In this document: positions 7,295 to 17,842 of the stretch, piece after piece
How positions within the stretch are numbered: position 1 is the first letter of the stretch
How the letters are laid out: the number at the start of each line of letters is the position of its first letter
Assembly (NCBI GenBank): GCA_902604835.1
Contig: CACKZW010000002.1
Span: 17,515-81,514 of the forward strand
Source: an uncultured Candidatus Actinomarina sp.
GTDB lineage: Bacteria > Actinomycetota > Acidimicrobiia > Actinomarinales > Actinomarinaceae
Direction of reading: 5' to 3'
Length of the DNA: 64,000 bases
Program-made: the position numbers and the translations under genes
The notes under the pieces: model-generated
What the model was told of the DNA's origin: nothing
Seen by the model: the letters and a program-made list of their open reading frames with translations, nothing else
Database searches by the model: none

Positions 7295-8122
7295 GTGAGT
7301 GTCAAAGGGGGGAATTTGATATCTGAAAAAATAGGGAAACTAAGACGTTTCAATATCATCATGGGCTTCATGCACTTGATTCAAGGGTCTGGATTATTTT
7401 GGCTAGGAACTGTTGTAAATTCAGATTTTGTTGTGCCTATTACGCTTACTCAACTGGTTGGTGTAGGCAGCCCTGAAGATCCCTCATCTTTTGCACTTGT
7501 TCCTGAGTTAGAAATCTGGAGAGAAATAACGAACTTTGGTCCAGCCGTGGCTACATTTTTGTTAGCTTCTGCTGTTGCACATTTTTTGATTTCTGGACCA
7601 TTTTATAAAAAATATCAAGAAGATCTTGCAAAAGGAATCAACAAAGTTAGATGGATTGAATATTCAATAAGCGCTTCTGTAATGATTGTCCTTATTGCAT
7701 TACTTGTTGGAATTTATGATGTTTGGGCCCTTCTTGGAATTTTCTTTATGAATGCTGCCATGTGTTGGTTTGGTTGGATGATGGAAGTTAATAACCAATA
7801 TACTGATAAAGTTGATTGGACAAGTTACATTATGGGGTGTTTAGTTGGTGTTACACCATGGATATTTATATTTATCAATCTGATAGGTGACGGAGTAGCA
7901 ACTGATTCCAATCCACAAGGAGTTCCTCAATTTGTTGTTTGGATATTTGTAAGTATATTTTTATTCTTCAATACTTTTTCCATAAATATGGTTCTCCAAT
8001 ATAAAGGTGTTGGAAAATGGAAAGACTATTTGTATGGAGAAAGAGCATATATATGGTTGAGTCTTCTAGCAAAAACAGCTTTAGCTTGGCAAGTATTCTT
8101 TGGAACCTACCAACCTAATTAA
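7295..8122 (+). CDS. Heliorhodopsin
   Basis: MHLIQ and AHFL histidines, RWIEYSISAS (counterion Glu), LSLLAKTALAWQVF with the retinal-binding Lys; 7 TM segments; start may be TTG at 7316. Confidence 0.95.
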   Translation: MSVKGGNLISEKIGKLRRFNIIMGFMHLIQGSGLFWLGTVVNSDFVVPITLTQLVGVGSPEDPSSFALVPELEIWREITNFGPAVATFLLASAVAHFLISGPFYKKYQEDLAKGINKVRWIEYSISASVMIVLIALLVGIYDVWALLGIFFMNAAMCWFGWMMEVNNQYTDKVDWTSYIMGCLVGVTPWIFIFINLIGDGVATDSNPQGVPQFVVWIFVSIFLFFNTFSINMVLQYKGVGKWKDYLYGERAYIWLSLLAKTALAWQVFFGTYQPN

Positions 8123-8197
8123 ATTATTTAATTTTTTTAATTAAAAAAAACATTAAAACAAAAATAAAAACCATACCTATATATGACAAAACCATTT

Positions 8198-9283
8198 TTA
8201 ACTAACAATCTCAATTAATGGGATGGCGACTTCTTTAGGTGTAAGTCCGCCGTGGTATCCTCTTAAATTTGCACTCAGATGATTTGGAAAAATAATATGA
8301 CCATCATCAAGTAAGAACACATGTTCAGGAAAAAAGTTATTTCTTTCATCGTCATTTGGCAATCCAATGAGTGATTCTATTTCTTGTTTTTCTAGGAAAT
8401 GTCCAGGGATATTTTTAAAGATATTTTTTATTTTTTTCATATCTCCATTTATATATACCGATCTTTGGTCTCCGTAAATCTTTACTGAATCATCATATAC
8501 AATCTTGTGTCTATTTTTATCATCTACGTTTATGACACCATGATCAGCTGTTAAACAAGTGTATCGACCCACATCACTTTTTGTTATTTCCGATAGAAAC
8601 TCAGAAAACTTTTTAACTTCTATTAACCATTCTTCGCTATTTGTACCATAAACATGTGCAGCAACATCGATCACGGGATAATATAAAAAGTTAAATTGAT
8701 TATCTAAAATATTTGGTAAGGTGAATATTTCTCCAAGTTCATCTAAAGTTTCATATCCAATTTGATTTGCCCCTCTATATAAATGTTTTGACAAAGATGT
8801 GTTGATTAAATCCTTAGGTTGAATGACATTAAAAACTATATTTTTTTCATTAAGAATGTTCCAAATTGTTTTTTGATTAGAAAAAAAATTTTTATCCTGT
8901 AAATAATTTTCCGAACCTCTCCAATTCAATGTATTAATTAATTTATTTTCAGATTTATCAAAATGGTAATATCCAATCAACCCATTTTCTATTGGGTCGC
9001 TTCCTAAATTGACTGATCCCAGAGCTACACTTGTTGAGCTTGGAAATGTTGAGACAATTTCATCAGTCTGGTTCTGTGTAAGTATATTATCTAAATTCTC
9101 AATATTTTTACTACCAAGGCCATCTACTAATATGAAGTTAATTTTTTTCATTGAGCTTTCATATTTCTTTAAACGTAATTTACTATCTAATTTAAAAACC
9201 TCTTCAGAACATAATTTGTTCACAATTGTTTGTATCAAGTCTGTTATGTTTGGAGAATTGAGAAATTTTTTTTTATCCATCAA
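8198..9283 (-). CDS. Alkaline phosphatase superfamily protein (nucleotide pyrophosphatase/phosphodiesterase type)
   Basis: LVDGLG, STFPSST nucleophile region, D...H (IDVAAH), TADHG, YHGGL. Confidence 0.85.
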   Translation of the reverse strand: MMDKKKFLNSPNITDLIQTIVNKLCSEEVFKLDSKLRLKKYESSMKKINFILVDGLGSKNIENLDNILTQNQTDEIVSTFPSSTSVALGSVNLGSDPIENGLIGYYHFDKSENKLINTLNWRGSENYLQDKNFFSNQKTIWNILNEKNIVFNVIQPKDLINTSLSKHLYRGANQIGYETLDELGEIFTLPNILDNQFNFLYYPVIDVAAHVYGTNSEEWLIEVKKFSEFLSEITKSDVGRYTCLTADHGVINVDDKNRHKIVYDDSVKIYGDQRSVYINGDMKKIKNIFKNIPGHFLEKQEIESLIGLPNDDERNNFFPEHVFLLDDGHIIFPNHLSANLRGYHGGLTPKEVAIPLIEIVS

Positions 9284-9343
9284 AAAATTTTACAAAAGAA
9301 TTCCACCGATGTTTTAAAAAAAACTAAAATTTTAGAAGCATAC

Positions 9344-9349
9344 TAAAGT
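9344..9349 (+). promoter_or_regulatory. -10 hexamer TAAAGT for a leaderless nuoA transcript
   Basis: TAnnnT-6nt-ATG; no SD. Confidence 0.5.
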
Positions 9350-9355
9350 TAATAT

Positions 9356-9721
9356 ATGATTTCTTATTTTCAAGATTACGTAACGGTTGGAGCAATGATA
9401 GGTTTGGGACTCTTATTGTTTTTAGTTTTTATTTCTTTATCTGCATTGCTTAGTCCAAAGAAACCTACTCCAGAAAAAATTAAGACATATGAGTGTGGTG
9501 TAGATCCTGTTGGAGGGGGATGGAGCCAAACATATGTTAGATACTATATCTTTGGGTTACTTTTTGTAATATTTGACGTTGAGGCTGTATTTATCTTTCC
9601 ATGGGCATTAAATCTCGAGAATCTTGGATATTTTGGTTTAATTGAGATGTTTATTTTTATTTTTATTCTTCTGCTTGGTTTAATTTATGCAATTAGAAAG
9701 GATGTCTTGAAATGGGAGTAA
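9356..9721 (+). CDS. nuoA: NADH-quinone oxidoreductase subunit A
   Basis: [29 protein letters not shown]. Confidence 0.95.
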   Translation: MISYFQDYVTVGAMIGLGLLLFLVFISLSALLSPKKPTPEKIKTYECGVDPVGGGWSQTYVRYYIFGLLFVIFDVEAVFIFPWALNLENLGYFGLIEMFIFIFILLLGLIYAIRKDVLKWE

Positions 9722-10209
9722 TAGACAAATTTGGAGTTCCTAAGCCTATTTCTAAAATACTTAATTGGGCGAGAGCATATGATATGTGGTATTTTCAATT
9801 TGGACTAGCCTGTTGTGCCATTGAAGTTATGGCCGCTAGCGGACCAAGACATGATTTTATGAGATTAGGAATCATTCCTCTTCCTGCATCTCCAAGACAA
9901 GCTGATTTGATGGTAGTTGCGGGTACTGTAACAGACAAAATGGCACCTTCTGTAAAAAGATTGTATGATCAAATGCCTGAACCAAAATATGTGATTTCTA
10001 TGGGTTCTTGTTCTAATAGTGGGGGTCCTTATTGGGACTCATATTCAGTTACAAAGGGTGTTGATCAGCTCATACCTGTGGATGTATATGTCCCAGGTTG
10101 CCCACCTCGACCAGAAGCACTGCAAGAGGGAATTGTTTTACTTCAGAAAAAAATAAAAGGTGAAAATATGAATGAAAAGTGGAGAGAAAAAGACATTGAA
10201 CCAGTCTGA
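9712..10209 (+). CDS. nuoB: NADH-quinone oxidoreductase subunit B
   Basis: [23 protein letters not shown]. Confidence 0.95.
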   Translation: MGVIDKFGVPKPISKILNWARAYDMWYFQFGLACCAIEVMAASGPRHDFMRLGIIPLPASPRQADLMVVAGTVTDKMAPSVKRLYDQMPEPKYVISMGSCSNSGGPYWDSYSVTKGVDQLIPVDVYVPGCPPRPEALQEGIVLLQKKIKGENMNEKWREKDIEPV

Positions 10210-10756
10210 CCAAAACGAATTTATAAATTCAATACAAAGTTCTTTTAAAAACACGTCTTATAACTTTGATACTTTAAAAATAAATGTTGATATCTCATCT
10301 TGGATTGATACTCATAAAATTTTAAAAAAAGACTTTAATCTAAGTTTTTTTAATTGGTTGTCAGCGGTTGATTGGGACAATGAAGTAAAAACTGGGGATG
10401 CACCCAAAGAACCTGTAACACCAAGTTTTGAAATACTTAGCTGTCTTTCTCAAACAAATTCAAATAATTTAGTTATTTCTTCAACAGTAATTTCTAAAGA
10501 AAATGCTGAGATTGAATCTTTAGTTGATGTATTTGCTGGTGCTAATTGGCATGAGCGAGAAGCATATGAAATGTTTGGAATTAATTTTTTAAACCATCCA
10601 AATCTCACAAAACTTTACTTACCTGATGATTATGAGGGAAATCCTCTTTTGAAATCTTTTGAACTAATTAGTAGAGAAGTAAAACCTTGGCCAGGCGATG
10701 TTGATGTTGAAGGCATGCCTGAAGACAGTATCGTTGTAGAAGAAAAAGGTAGCTAA
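10172..10756 (+). CDS. nuoC: NADH-quinone oxidoreductase subunit C
   Basis: [28 protein letters not shown]; start may be TTG near 10196. Confidence 0.92.
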   Translation: MKSGEKKTLNQSDQNEFINSIQSSFKNTSYNFDTLKINVDISSWIDTHKILKKDFNLSFFNWLSAVDWDNEVKTGDAPKEPVTPSFEILSCLSQTNSNNLVISSTVISKENAEIESLVDVFAGANWHEREAYEMFGINFLNHPNLTKLYLPDDYEGNPLLKSFELISREVKPWPGDVDVEGMPEDSIVVEEKGS

Positions 10757-11952
10757 TGTCTCAAACTATGGATCCAAATAATATGCCATTTTTATCTGAA
10801 GCATCAGTTTCTGTAGAAATTGAAACAGAGGATATGACTTTAAATATTGGCCCTCAGCATCCATCAACTCATGGAGTTTTAAGGTTAGTAGCTAAAGTCA
10901 ATGGAGAAAAAATATCTAGTGTTGAACCTGTTCTTGGATACATGCACAGAGGTTATGAAAAGCTTGCAGAGGTCAGAACTTATCCACAAGTAACAACATT
11001 AGTTAATAGAATTGATTGGGTTTCAGGTTTTGCAAATGAGATTCCATTTATCGCTGGTGCAGAAAAACTTATGGAAATTGAAGTACCAGAAAGGGCACAA
11101 TACATTAGATTAATTTTGACTGAAATGGCAAGAATAAGTTCACATTTTGTTTTTAATGGTGCCTTCCCTCTTGAAATTGGTGCACTAACACCTATATTCC
11201 TAGCTATGGAAGATCGAGAAAGAGTTCTTGATTTGCTTGAATCGGTCACTGGTGGAAGATTCCATCCAAACTTTAACCGTATTGGTGGTGTAAAACCTGT
11301 GGCAGGTGCTGGACCAACAACAAAAAAAGATATACAGGATTTGCCAGCAGGATTTTATCATGACACCAAAGTTGCAATGGAAAAAGTTTTGAAAGCTGTT
11401 GATACATTTGAAGATTTAATAGGCGGAAATGAAGTATTTCAAGCTAGAACAAAAAAGGTAGGTGTTCTAACCAAAGAAGTTGCTGAAGAGTATGGAGTGT
11501 CTGGACCAATATTAAGGGCATCAGGTGTTGAGTTCGACCTGAGAAAACAATCAGATTACTTGCCATATGACAAATTTGATTTTGAAATACCAATAGGTGA
11601 AAATGGTGACTGTTTTGACAGATGGTCTGTAAGAACATCTGAGATGAGAGAATCTGCAAAAATTATTTTACAAGCAATTGAAGACATGCCTTCTGGACCA
11701 ATTCAAGCAAAGGTACCAAAAGTTATAAAAGTTCCTAAAGGACAAACATATGTAAGAGCAGAAAATCCAAAGGGTGAAATGGGATATTATATTATTTCTG
11801 AAGGTGGTTTAGGACCGTATAGATTAAAAATAAGAACAGCTTCATTTAGTAACATTTCAATTTTGCCAATCATGCTTGAAGGCGCATTGCTTCCTGACTT
11901 GATAGCAATAATGGGCAGTTTAGATTTTGTTCTTGGAGATGTTGATAGATGA
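10756..11952 (+). CDS. nuoD: NADH-quinone oxidoreductase subunit D
   Basis: NIGPQHPSTHGVLRL, GYMHRGYEK, GSLDFVLGDVDR. Confidence 0.97.
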   Translation: MSQTMDPNNMPFLSEASVSVEIETEDMTLNIGPQHPSTHGVLRLVAKVNGEKISSVEPVLGYMHRGYEKLAEVRTYPQVTTLVNRIDWVSGFANEIPFIAGAEKLMEIEVPERAQYIRLILTEMARISSHFVFNGAFPLEIGALTPIFLAMEDRERVLDLLESVTGGRFHPNFNRIGGVKPVAGAGPTTKKDIQDLPAGFYHDTKVAMEKVLKAVDTFEDLIGGNEVFQARTKKVGVLTKEVAEEYGVSGPILRASGVEFDLRKQSDYLPYDKFDFEIPIGENGDCFDRWSVRTSEMRESAKIILQAIEDMPSGPIQAKVPKVIKVPKGQTYVRAENPKGEMGYYIISEGGLGPYRLKIRTASFSNISILPIMLEGALLPDLIAIMGSLDFVLGDVDR

Positions 11953-12929
11953 GTTTTAGTAGTGAACTACTTATCAAAGTTTTGGTTGTTTTAGCGACAG
12001 CTCCAGTTATGGCCTTAGGACTTACTTTGCTAGAGGTTAAAGGTTCTGCCTGGATGCAAAGGAGACCTGGACCTCTTCATGTTGGTTTAAGAGGATTCAT
12101 ATTTCCACTTGCAACAGCTGCAAAATATTTTCAAAAGGAAACAATCATTCCAAAAGATGTTGATGAGCCCGTATTTAAGTGGGCGCCAGCTTGGGTTATA
12201 GCTGCTGTAGTAGGCCTTTTCACAATTATTCCATTAAGTCCAACATTAATTGTTCGCGACCTGGAATTAGGAGTTTTCTTTTTACTTGCAATCAGCTCCA
12301 TCTCCACTATCGGAGTGCTTACCGCTGGATGGTCCTCTGCAAACAAATTTTCTCTAATGGGTGGTTTAAGAGCAGCGGGCCAACTTATTGCCTATGAATT
12401 GCCACTAATTTTATCTGTAGTTGGTGTCGTTATACAAGCTGAAACTATGTCAACAGTCGGAATAGTTGAAAAACAGATTGAATTTGGATTTCCTTTTGTA
12501 ATAGCAGGACAGGGCATTGCTTTTATTATTTTTATGATTGCTGCAACTGCTGAAATGATGAGAACACCATTTGATATGCCAATTGGTGAGTCTGAATTAA
12601 CTATGGGCTTTATGACAGAATATTCTGGGATTAGATTTCTAATTTTTTATATTTCTGAATATATAAATTTATTTGTAATGTGTGCAATTGCCTCAACTCT
12701 TTTCTTAGGTGGGTATCATATTCCACTTTTACCGACAGAATGGGTTAATTTTTATGGTCCACTGGTTCTAATCGGAAAGACATTTACATTAGCGTTTCTT
12801 CTTATTGCTATACGATGGTCATTTCCGCGATTCAGGGAAGATCAACTTCAGACTCTAGCTTGGAAAGTGCTTATACCTCTCTCCCTTTTGAATATAATGG
12901 TTACGGCAATCATGAAGGTAGTTTTTTAA
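11949..12929 (+). CDS. nuoH: NADH-quinone oxidoreductase subunit H
   Basis: MQRRPGP, LRAAGQLIAYE, RTPFDMPIGESEL..GF.TEYSG. Confidence 0.95.
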   Translation: MSFSSELLIKVLVVLATAPVMALGLTLLEVKGSAWMQRRPGPLHVGLRGFIFPLATAAKYFQKETIIPKDVDEPVFKWAPAWVIAAVVGLFTIIPLSPTLIVRDLELGVFFLLAISSISTIGVLTAGWSSANKFSLMGGLRAAGQLIAYELPLILSVVGVVIQAETMSTVGIVEKQIEFGFPFVIAGQGIAFIIFMIAATAEMMRTPFDMPIGESELTMGFMTEYSGIRFLIFYISEYINLFVMCAIASTLFLGGYHIPLLPTEWVNFYGPLVLIGKTFTLAFLLIAIRWSFPRFREDQLQTLAWKVLIPLSLLNIMVTAIMKVVF

Positions 12930-13414
12930 TGCAAAAATTTAAACCAAGGATTCCTGGATTTTTGATTGGATTAAAAATCGTTATTGGCAACATGTTCAAG
13001 ACCCTTCTTCCTTTTTTTGAAAATCCAAACGTCAATTATCCTTTTGAAAAGGAAGTTCTTGCACCAAGAACAAGAGGAGTAATTGCTTTAGACTCAGAAG
13101 CTTGTACAAGTTGCATGTTGTGTGCAAGATCTTGCCCAGACTGGTGTATTTATATAGAGGGTCACAAAGAATTACAACCACCTTCAAAACCAGGGGGGCG
13201 CCAAAGAAGCAGAGCAGTACTTGATCGCTTCGATATTGATTATGCACTTTGTATGTATTGTGGAATCTGTGTTGAGGTGTGTCCTTTTGATGCCTTGTTC
13301 TGGTCACCTGAATATGAATATTCCGAGTTTTCTATGGGAGATATGCTTCACGACAAAGACAGACTTGATGAATGGTTAAAGACTGTTCCTGAAAGTCCAG
13401 GCTTAGAGAGCTAA
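12929..13414 (+). CDS. nuoI: NADH-quinone oxidoreductase subunit I
   Basis: Two CxxCxxCxxxCP 4Fe-4S motifs; start moved to the ATG overlapping the nuoH stop. Confidence 0.95.
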   Translation: MQKFKPRIPGFLIGLKIVIGNMFKTLLPFFENPNVNYPFEKEVLAPRTRGVIALDSEACTSCMLCARSCPDWCIYIEGHKELQPPSKPGGRQRSRAVLDRFDIDYALCMYCGICVEVCPFDALFWSPEYEYSEFSMGDMLHDKDRLDEWLKTVPESPGLES

Positions 13415-13932
13415 TGGAAGCAATAGACATATTTTCGTATTTTCTTTTATTGTTGCTTCTACTTAGTGGAATAAAAGTAGTGACTACTTCAAATGTTATT
13501 CATGCTGCTATATTTTTAGTTTTTACGCTAGCTACTACCGCTATTTTATTCATTTTATTATCTGCAGAGTTTGTTGCCTTGGTACTAGTTCTTGTATATA
13601 TAGGAGCAGTGATTGTTTTATTTTTATTCGGGGTGATGATTACAAGAGCTCCTTTAGGTCCAAATGCTGAATTAGATAATGATCAAAACAAACTATTTGC
13701 TACTTTGATATCGCTCTCAATTTTTGGAATATTTACTTATATACTTTTACAAACATTCGATTCAACAGTTGTAATTAGTGAGGGAACATCAACTAAGCTA
13801 TTAGGTGAAATTTTGTTAAGTAGATTTGTTTTTCCTTTTGAGTTAGTCTCTTTTGTTTTATTGGGAGCTTTAATTGGCGGAATAACACTAGCAAGAAAAG
13901 ATAATGCATTAATGGACGAAGACCAAATATGA
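13414..13932 (+). CDS. nuoJ: NADH-quinone oxidoreductase subunit J
   Basis: LVYIGAVIVLFLF, PFELVSFVLL.ALIG. Confidence 0.93.
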   Translation: MEAIDIFSYFLLLLLLLSGIKVVTTSNVIHAAIFLVFTLATTAILFILLSAEFVALVLVLVYIGAVIVLFLFGVMITRAPLGPNAELDNDQNKLFATLISLSIFGIFTYILLQTFDSTVVISEGTSTKLLGEILLSRFVFPFELVSFVLLGALIGGITLARKDNALMDEDQI

Positions 13933-14234
13933 GCATTCAACCCATACTTATTGCAGCAGCAGCATTATTTTCCATAGGAATCTATGGAATTCTTGTTCGA
14001 AGAAATGCAGTAATGGTGTTGCTTTCAATTGAGCTAATTCTTAATTCCGTAAATATAAATTTTGTTGCATTTAATGCCATGCTTTCAGATGTTTTTTTAA
14101 ATGGTCAAATATTTTCGATATTTATTATCACAATCGCCGCAGCTGAAGTTGGTATTGGATTAGCAATTGTATTAATGCTTTTTCGTAATCGAGAAACTGC
14201 AAATATTAATGAATTCGATTTGATGAAATGGTAA
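13929..14234 (+). CDS. nuoK: NADH-quinone oxidoreductase subunit K
   Basis: LLSIELILN, IAAAEVGIGLA. Confidence 0.95.
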   Translation: MSIQPILIAAAALFSIGIYGILVRRNAVMVLLSIELILNSVNINFVAFNAMLSDVFLNGQIFSIFIITIAAAEVGIGLAIVLMLFRNRETANINEFDLMKW

Positions 14235-16246
14235 ATCAAAATTTTGTAAATTTTCTTGCAGAAGGAAAACCAGAATATACAGATGGTGGCGTAATTGCAG
14301 AATTTACCTGGTTAATTGTTGTACTACCTTTTCTTGCAGCATTGTTTATAACTTTTCTAGGTAAATATCTTCCTTTAAAGGGAGCTGAATTAGCTTTAGG
14401 AACAGTCTTGTTTATATTTTTATATAGTTCAGCTTTACTTTATGAACATGCGACTAAAGGCATTGCTAACGAATTTTTTATCAATGTTGGAAGTATAGGG
14501 TCTTACGATCTTGAATTTGGTTGGGTTGTAGATGGATTATCAATAATGATGTATTTTGTAGTTGGAACTGTTTCATCTTTAGTATTCGTATATGCAACAA
14601 ACTATATGCAAGGTGAAATACGTTACACATTCTTTTTTACTTCGTTAACTTTATTCGCTGGAAGCATGTTGGTTTTAGTATCTTCTCCAACTCTCCTTCA
14701 ACTTTTAATTGGCTGGGAACTTGTTGGAGTTTGTTCATATTTACTTATAGGCCATTACTGGGAGAAAAAAGAAAATTCATCTGCAGCTATGAAAGCTTTT
14801 ATCACTAATAAAATTGCTGACATAGGTTTAATGATCGGAATTATTGTTCTTGCTCTATCTACTAAAACACTTAGGATTTCTGAAATTTTATATCAATCAA
14901 CTCATGACTATGAAGATATAAAGACGGTGGCTTATTTAGGAGGAGTTCTCCTTTTTATTGGGGCAATGGGTAAAAGCGCTCAATTTCCACTTCACGTCTG
15001 GCTACCTGACGCAATGGCTGGTCCAACTCCAGTTTCAGCACTGATGCACGCAGCAACAATGGTTACTGCAGGAGTTTATCTTCTCGGAAGGATGTTTCCT
15101 TTTTATCAAGGCATGGCTTCAGAGGCACTAGATGTAGTTCTTTTATTTGGAGTAATTACACTTTTAGGAGCAGGCTTGGTAGCGGTTGTACAAGATGACT
15201 TGAAAAAAGTTTTGGCATATTCAACCGTTAGTCAACTTGGATACATGGTGACAGCCATGGGCTCTGGAGCATACACTGCTGGACTTTTCCATCTTTGGAC
15301 TCATGCTTTTTTTAAAGCTTTATTATTTTTAGGTGCTGGTTCGGTAATTCATGCAGTTCATACAAATAATATGTCGGAAATGGGGGGACTAAGAAAAGAA
15401 ATGCCAAGAACATTTTCAACTTTCATCATCGGGACAGTTGCACTTGCGGGACTTCCACCATTAGCTGGTTTTTTCTCAAAAGATGAAATACTCGCATCAC
15501 TCAATCACGAAGGGCATAATATTTATTTTATTATTTCTGTTTTGGGTGCTTTTATAACTGCTTTTTATATGACAAGAGCAGTTCTTTTAACTTTTTTTGG
15601 AGAATATCGAGGAGATGGACATCCACATGAATCAGATAAAATGATGACGATACCGCTTATTGTATTGTCAGGATTTGCGATTGTTGCAGGATGGGTAAAT
15701 ATTCCAGGTGTTTATACAGGTTTTACAACATGGGTTACAACAAGGAAGAATGCTATTGTAGAGTATCATCCGGAATCCTTCGATCTAGTTGCAATGTTTA
15801 GTGGTTTCTCAGCAGGAATTTTTGGGATAGGACTTGCGTATTACGTATATCAATTATCTGGCAAGGCCGTAGATGGAGATCAAAAAATCAAAATAAAACC
15901 TATTTGGAAAATATTAGAGAATAAATATTATTTAGATTTTATCTACTTCAAATTCATAATCGATCCAGTAAAAATTACCTTTGCAAAATTTATTGATTCA
16001 TTCAATACAAATATTCTCGACAGATTTGTCAACGGTGTTGGAGTAACTGCATCTAAAGCTGGTGATATAGTCTATAAGAATCTGGATCAAGAAGGAATCG
16101 ACAAGGTATTGAATTTATCCTCCTCAGGGACAGATACAATTGGAAGCAAGGTTAAATTAATTCAAACTGGAAAAACTCAGCAATATTTGATGTATTTTTT
16201 AGTTGGAGTAATAGTTATTAGCTTAATAATTTTGTTAGTGTTATGA
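14228..16246 (+). CDS. nuoL: NADH-quinone oxidoreductase subunit L
   Basis: GKSAQFPLHVWLPDAMAGPTPVSALMHAATMV, KKVLAYSTVSQLG. Confidence 0.97.
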   Translation: MVNQNFVNFLAEGKPEYTDGGVIAEFTWLIVVLPFLAALFITFLGKYLPLKGAELALGTVLFIFLYSSALLYEHATKGIANEFFINVGSIGSYDLEFGWVVDGLSIMMYFVVGTVSSLVFVYATNYMQGEIRYTFFFTSLTLFAGSMLVLVSSPTLLQLLIGWELVGVCSYLLIGHYWEKKENSSAAMKAFITNKIADIGLMIGIIVLALSTKTLRISEILYQSTHDYEDIKTVAYLGGVLLFIGAMGKSAQFPLHVWLPDAMAGPTPVSALMHAATMVTAGVYLLGRMFPFYQGMASEALDVVLLFGVITLLGAGLVAVVQDDLKKVLAYSTVSQLGYMVTAMGSGAYTAGLFHLWTHAFFKALLFLGAGSVIHAVHTNNMSEMGGLRKEMPRTFSTFIIGTVALAGLPPLAGFFSKDEILASLNHEGHNIYFIISVLGAFITAFYMTRAVLLTFFGEYRGDGHPHESDKMMTIPLIVLSGFAIVAGWVNIPGVYTGFTTWVTTRKNAIVEYHPESFDLVAMFSGFSAGIFGIGLAYYVYQLSGKAVDGDQKIKIKPIWKILENKYYLDFIYFKFIIDPVKITFAKFIDSFNTNILDRFVNGVGVTASKAGDIVYKNLDQEGIDKVLNLSSSGTDTIGSKVKLIQTGKTQQYLMYFLVGVIVISLIILLVL

Positions 16247-16262
16247 ATGAGAGTGGGACGTA

Positions 16263-17840
16263 TTGAGTAGTTTTTCTTTTTTAGATAGTGGATTAGGTCT
16301 TACGGTTGTTGTATTCCTTCCTTTAATTTCTGCCATATTTATTTTTCTGATACCTAAAAAACAAGAGATGTTAATAAAGTTAATAACTTTAGGCTCAGCG
16401 ATTGTGACCTTTTTAGTGAGTTTAGTTGTAGCCCTACAATTTGATTTTAATGATGCTGCTGAACTTCAGCTAGGAACAAAAGTCTCATGGATTAGCAGTA
16501 TAAATTCAAATTATGAAATAGGAATTGATGGAATTTCGTTGCCTTTATTGCTTTTATCAACATTCATTTCTGTATTAGCAATTATTTATTCTTTCGAACA
16601 TTTACCTGAACCAAAAAATGCAAAAGGAATGATGTCTTTAATTTTAATTCTAGAAACTGGAATGAACGGAACTTTTGTCGCACTAGATTTAATACTGTTT
16701 TTTGTATTTTTTGAACTTGTTTTACTTCCAATGTATTTCATGATTGGTATTTGGGGGGATAAAACAGTAAGAAGTGTCTCCGGACTAAAGAACGATATTG
16801 AAACAAGACTTTATGCAAGTATCAAATTTTTTGTATTTACATTGTTTGGATCCGCTTTTATGCTTTTAGGATTTTTAGGTTTATATTTCAGAGGAAATAA
16901 AACATTTAGCATTCCAGAACTTATTGAACTAGGTACCAATGGTGCTTTCACTGGAACATTTGCAACTCTAGTTTTTGCAGTTTTATTTTTGGGCTTTGCT
17001 GTAAAAGTTCCAATGTGGCCTTTACACACTTGGTTACCTGATGCTCATACAGCCGCACCAACCGTTGGATCAGTATTATTAGCAGCAATTTTATTAAAAC
17101 TAGGTTCTTATGGTTTTGTAAGGATTGCTTTACCAATTCTTCCTGAACAGGCTGTTGCTTGGGCTCCAGCAATTGCAATATTATCTGCAATTGGAATTAT
17201 ATACGGGTCTCTCGCTTGTCTTGCTCAAACAGATCTAAAGAGATTGATAGCTTTTTCTTCAGTTGGTCATATGGGATTTGTAATGTTAGGGATTTCGTCT
17301 CTTACTTCAATTGGGATTAATGCAGCAATGATTGGAATGGTTGCGCACGGAATAATTACCGGACTGTTATTTTTTGTTTCAGGTTCCATGGCTCATACGT
17401 ACCACACAAGAGATATGGGAAGACTAGGTGGGAATATGAAACTTCTGCCAAAGACAGGTGCAATCTTAGCTTTTACAGCAATGGCATCACTTGGATTACC
17501 AGGCTTGGCTGGATTTTGGGGTGAATTTATGGCTTTGCTTGGTGCTTATAATCCTTTACCAGGTCTTAATGTCACTATTTTTAGATCATCCATGGTTGCT
17601 GGTGCCATCGGTACAGTTCTAACTGCAGGATATTTATTGTGGATGCTTCAAAGAGTAAATCTAGGAGAACCTAAGGAAGAATGGATTGACCAAGAACTTC
17701 ATGATGCTGATAATTATGAACTTGTTGCTTGGATACCATTAGTTATTCTTACTGTTTTAATCGGAGTGTTTCCAAAACTTATATTTGGGGCAACAAATGA
17801 TGCAGTAATTGCTCTTGTCGCAAAAGCGTTCGGAGGCTAA
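16263..17840 (+). CDS. nuoM: NADH-quinone oxidoreductase subunit M (TTG start)
   Basis: VKVPMWPLHTWLPDAHTAAPT, LKRLIAFSSVGHMG. Confidence 0.96.
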   Translation: MSSFSFLDSGLGLTVVVFLPLISAIFIFLIPKKQEMLIKLITLGSAIVTFLVSLVVALQFDFNDAAELQLGTKVSWISSINSNYEIGIDGISLPLLLLSTFISVLAIIYSFEHLPEPKNAKGMMSLILILETGMNGTFVALDLILFFVFFELVLLPMYFMIGIWGDKTVRSVSGLKNDIETRLYASIKFFVFTLFGSAFMLLGFLGLYFRGNKTFSIPELIELGTNGAFTGTFATLVFAVLFLGFAVKVPMWPLHTWLPDAHTAAPTVGSVLLAAILLKLGSYGFVRIALPILPEQAVAWAPAIAILSAIGIIYGSLACLAQTDLKRLIAFSSVGHMGFVMLGISSLTSIGINAAMIGMVAHGIITGLLFFVSGSMAHTYHTRDMGRLGGNMKLLPKTGAILAFTAMASLGLPGLAGFWGEFMALLGAYNPLPGLNVTIFRSSMVAGAIGTVLTAGYLLWMLQRVNLGEPKEEWIDQELHDADNYELVAWIPLVILTVLIGVFPKLIFGATNDAVIALVAKAFGG

Positions 17841-17842
17841 AA

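Noticed and set aside
7300-7305. Perfect TTGACA on the minus strand upstream of the small coiled-coil gene
   Set aside because: No TAnnnT hexamer at 16-18 bp spacing.
8128-8150. AT-only inverted repeat between HeR and the phosphatase gene
   Set aside because: No G-C pairs; too weak to call a terminator in such AT-rich DNA.
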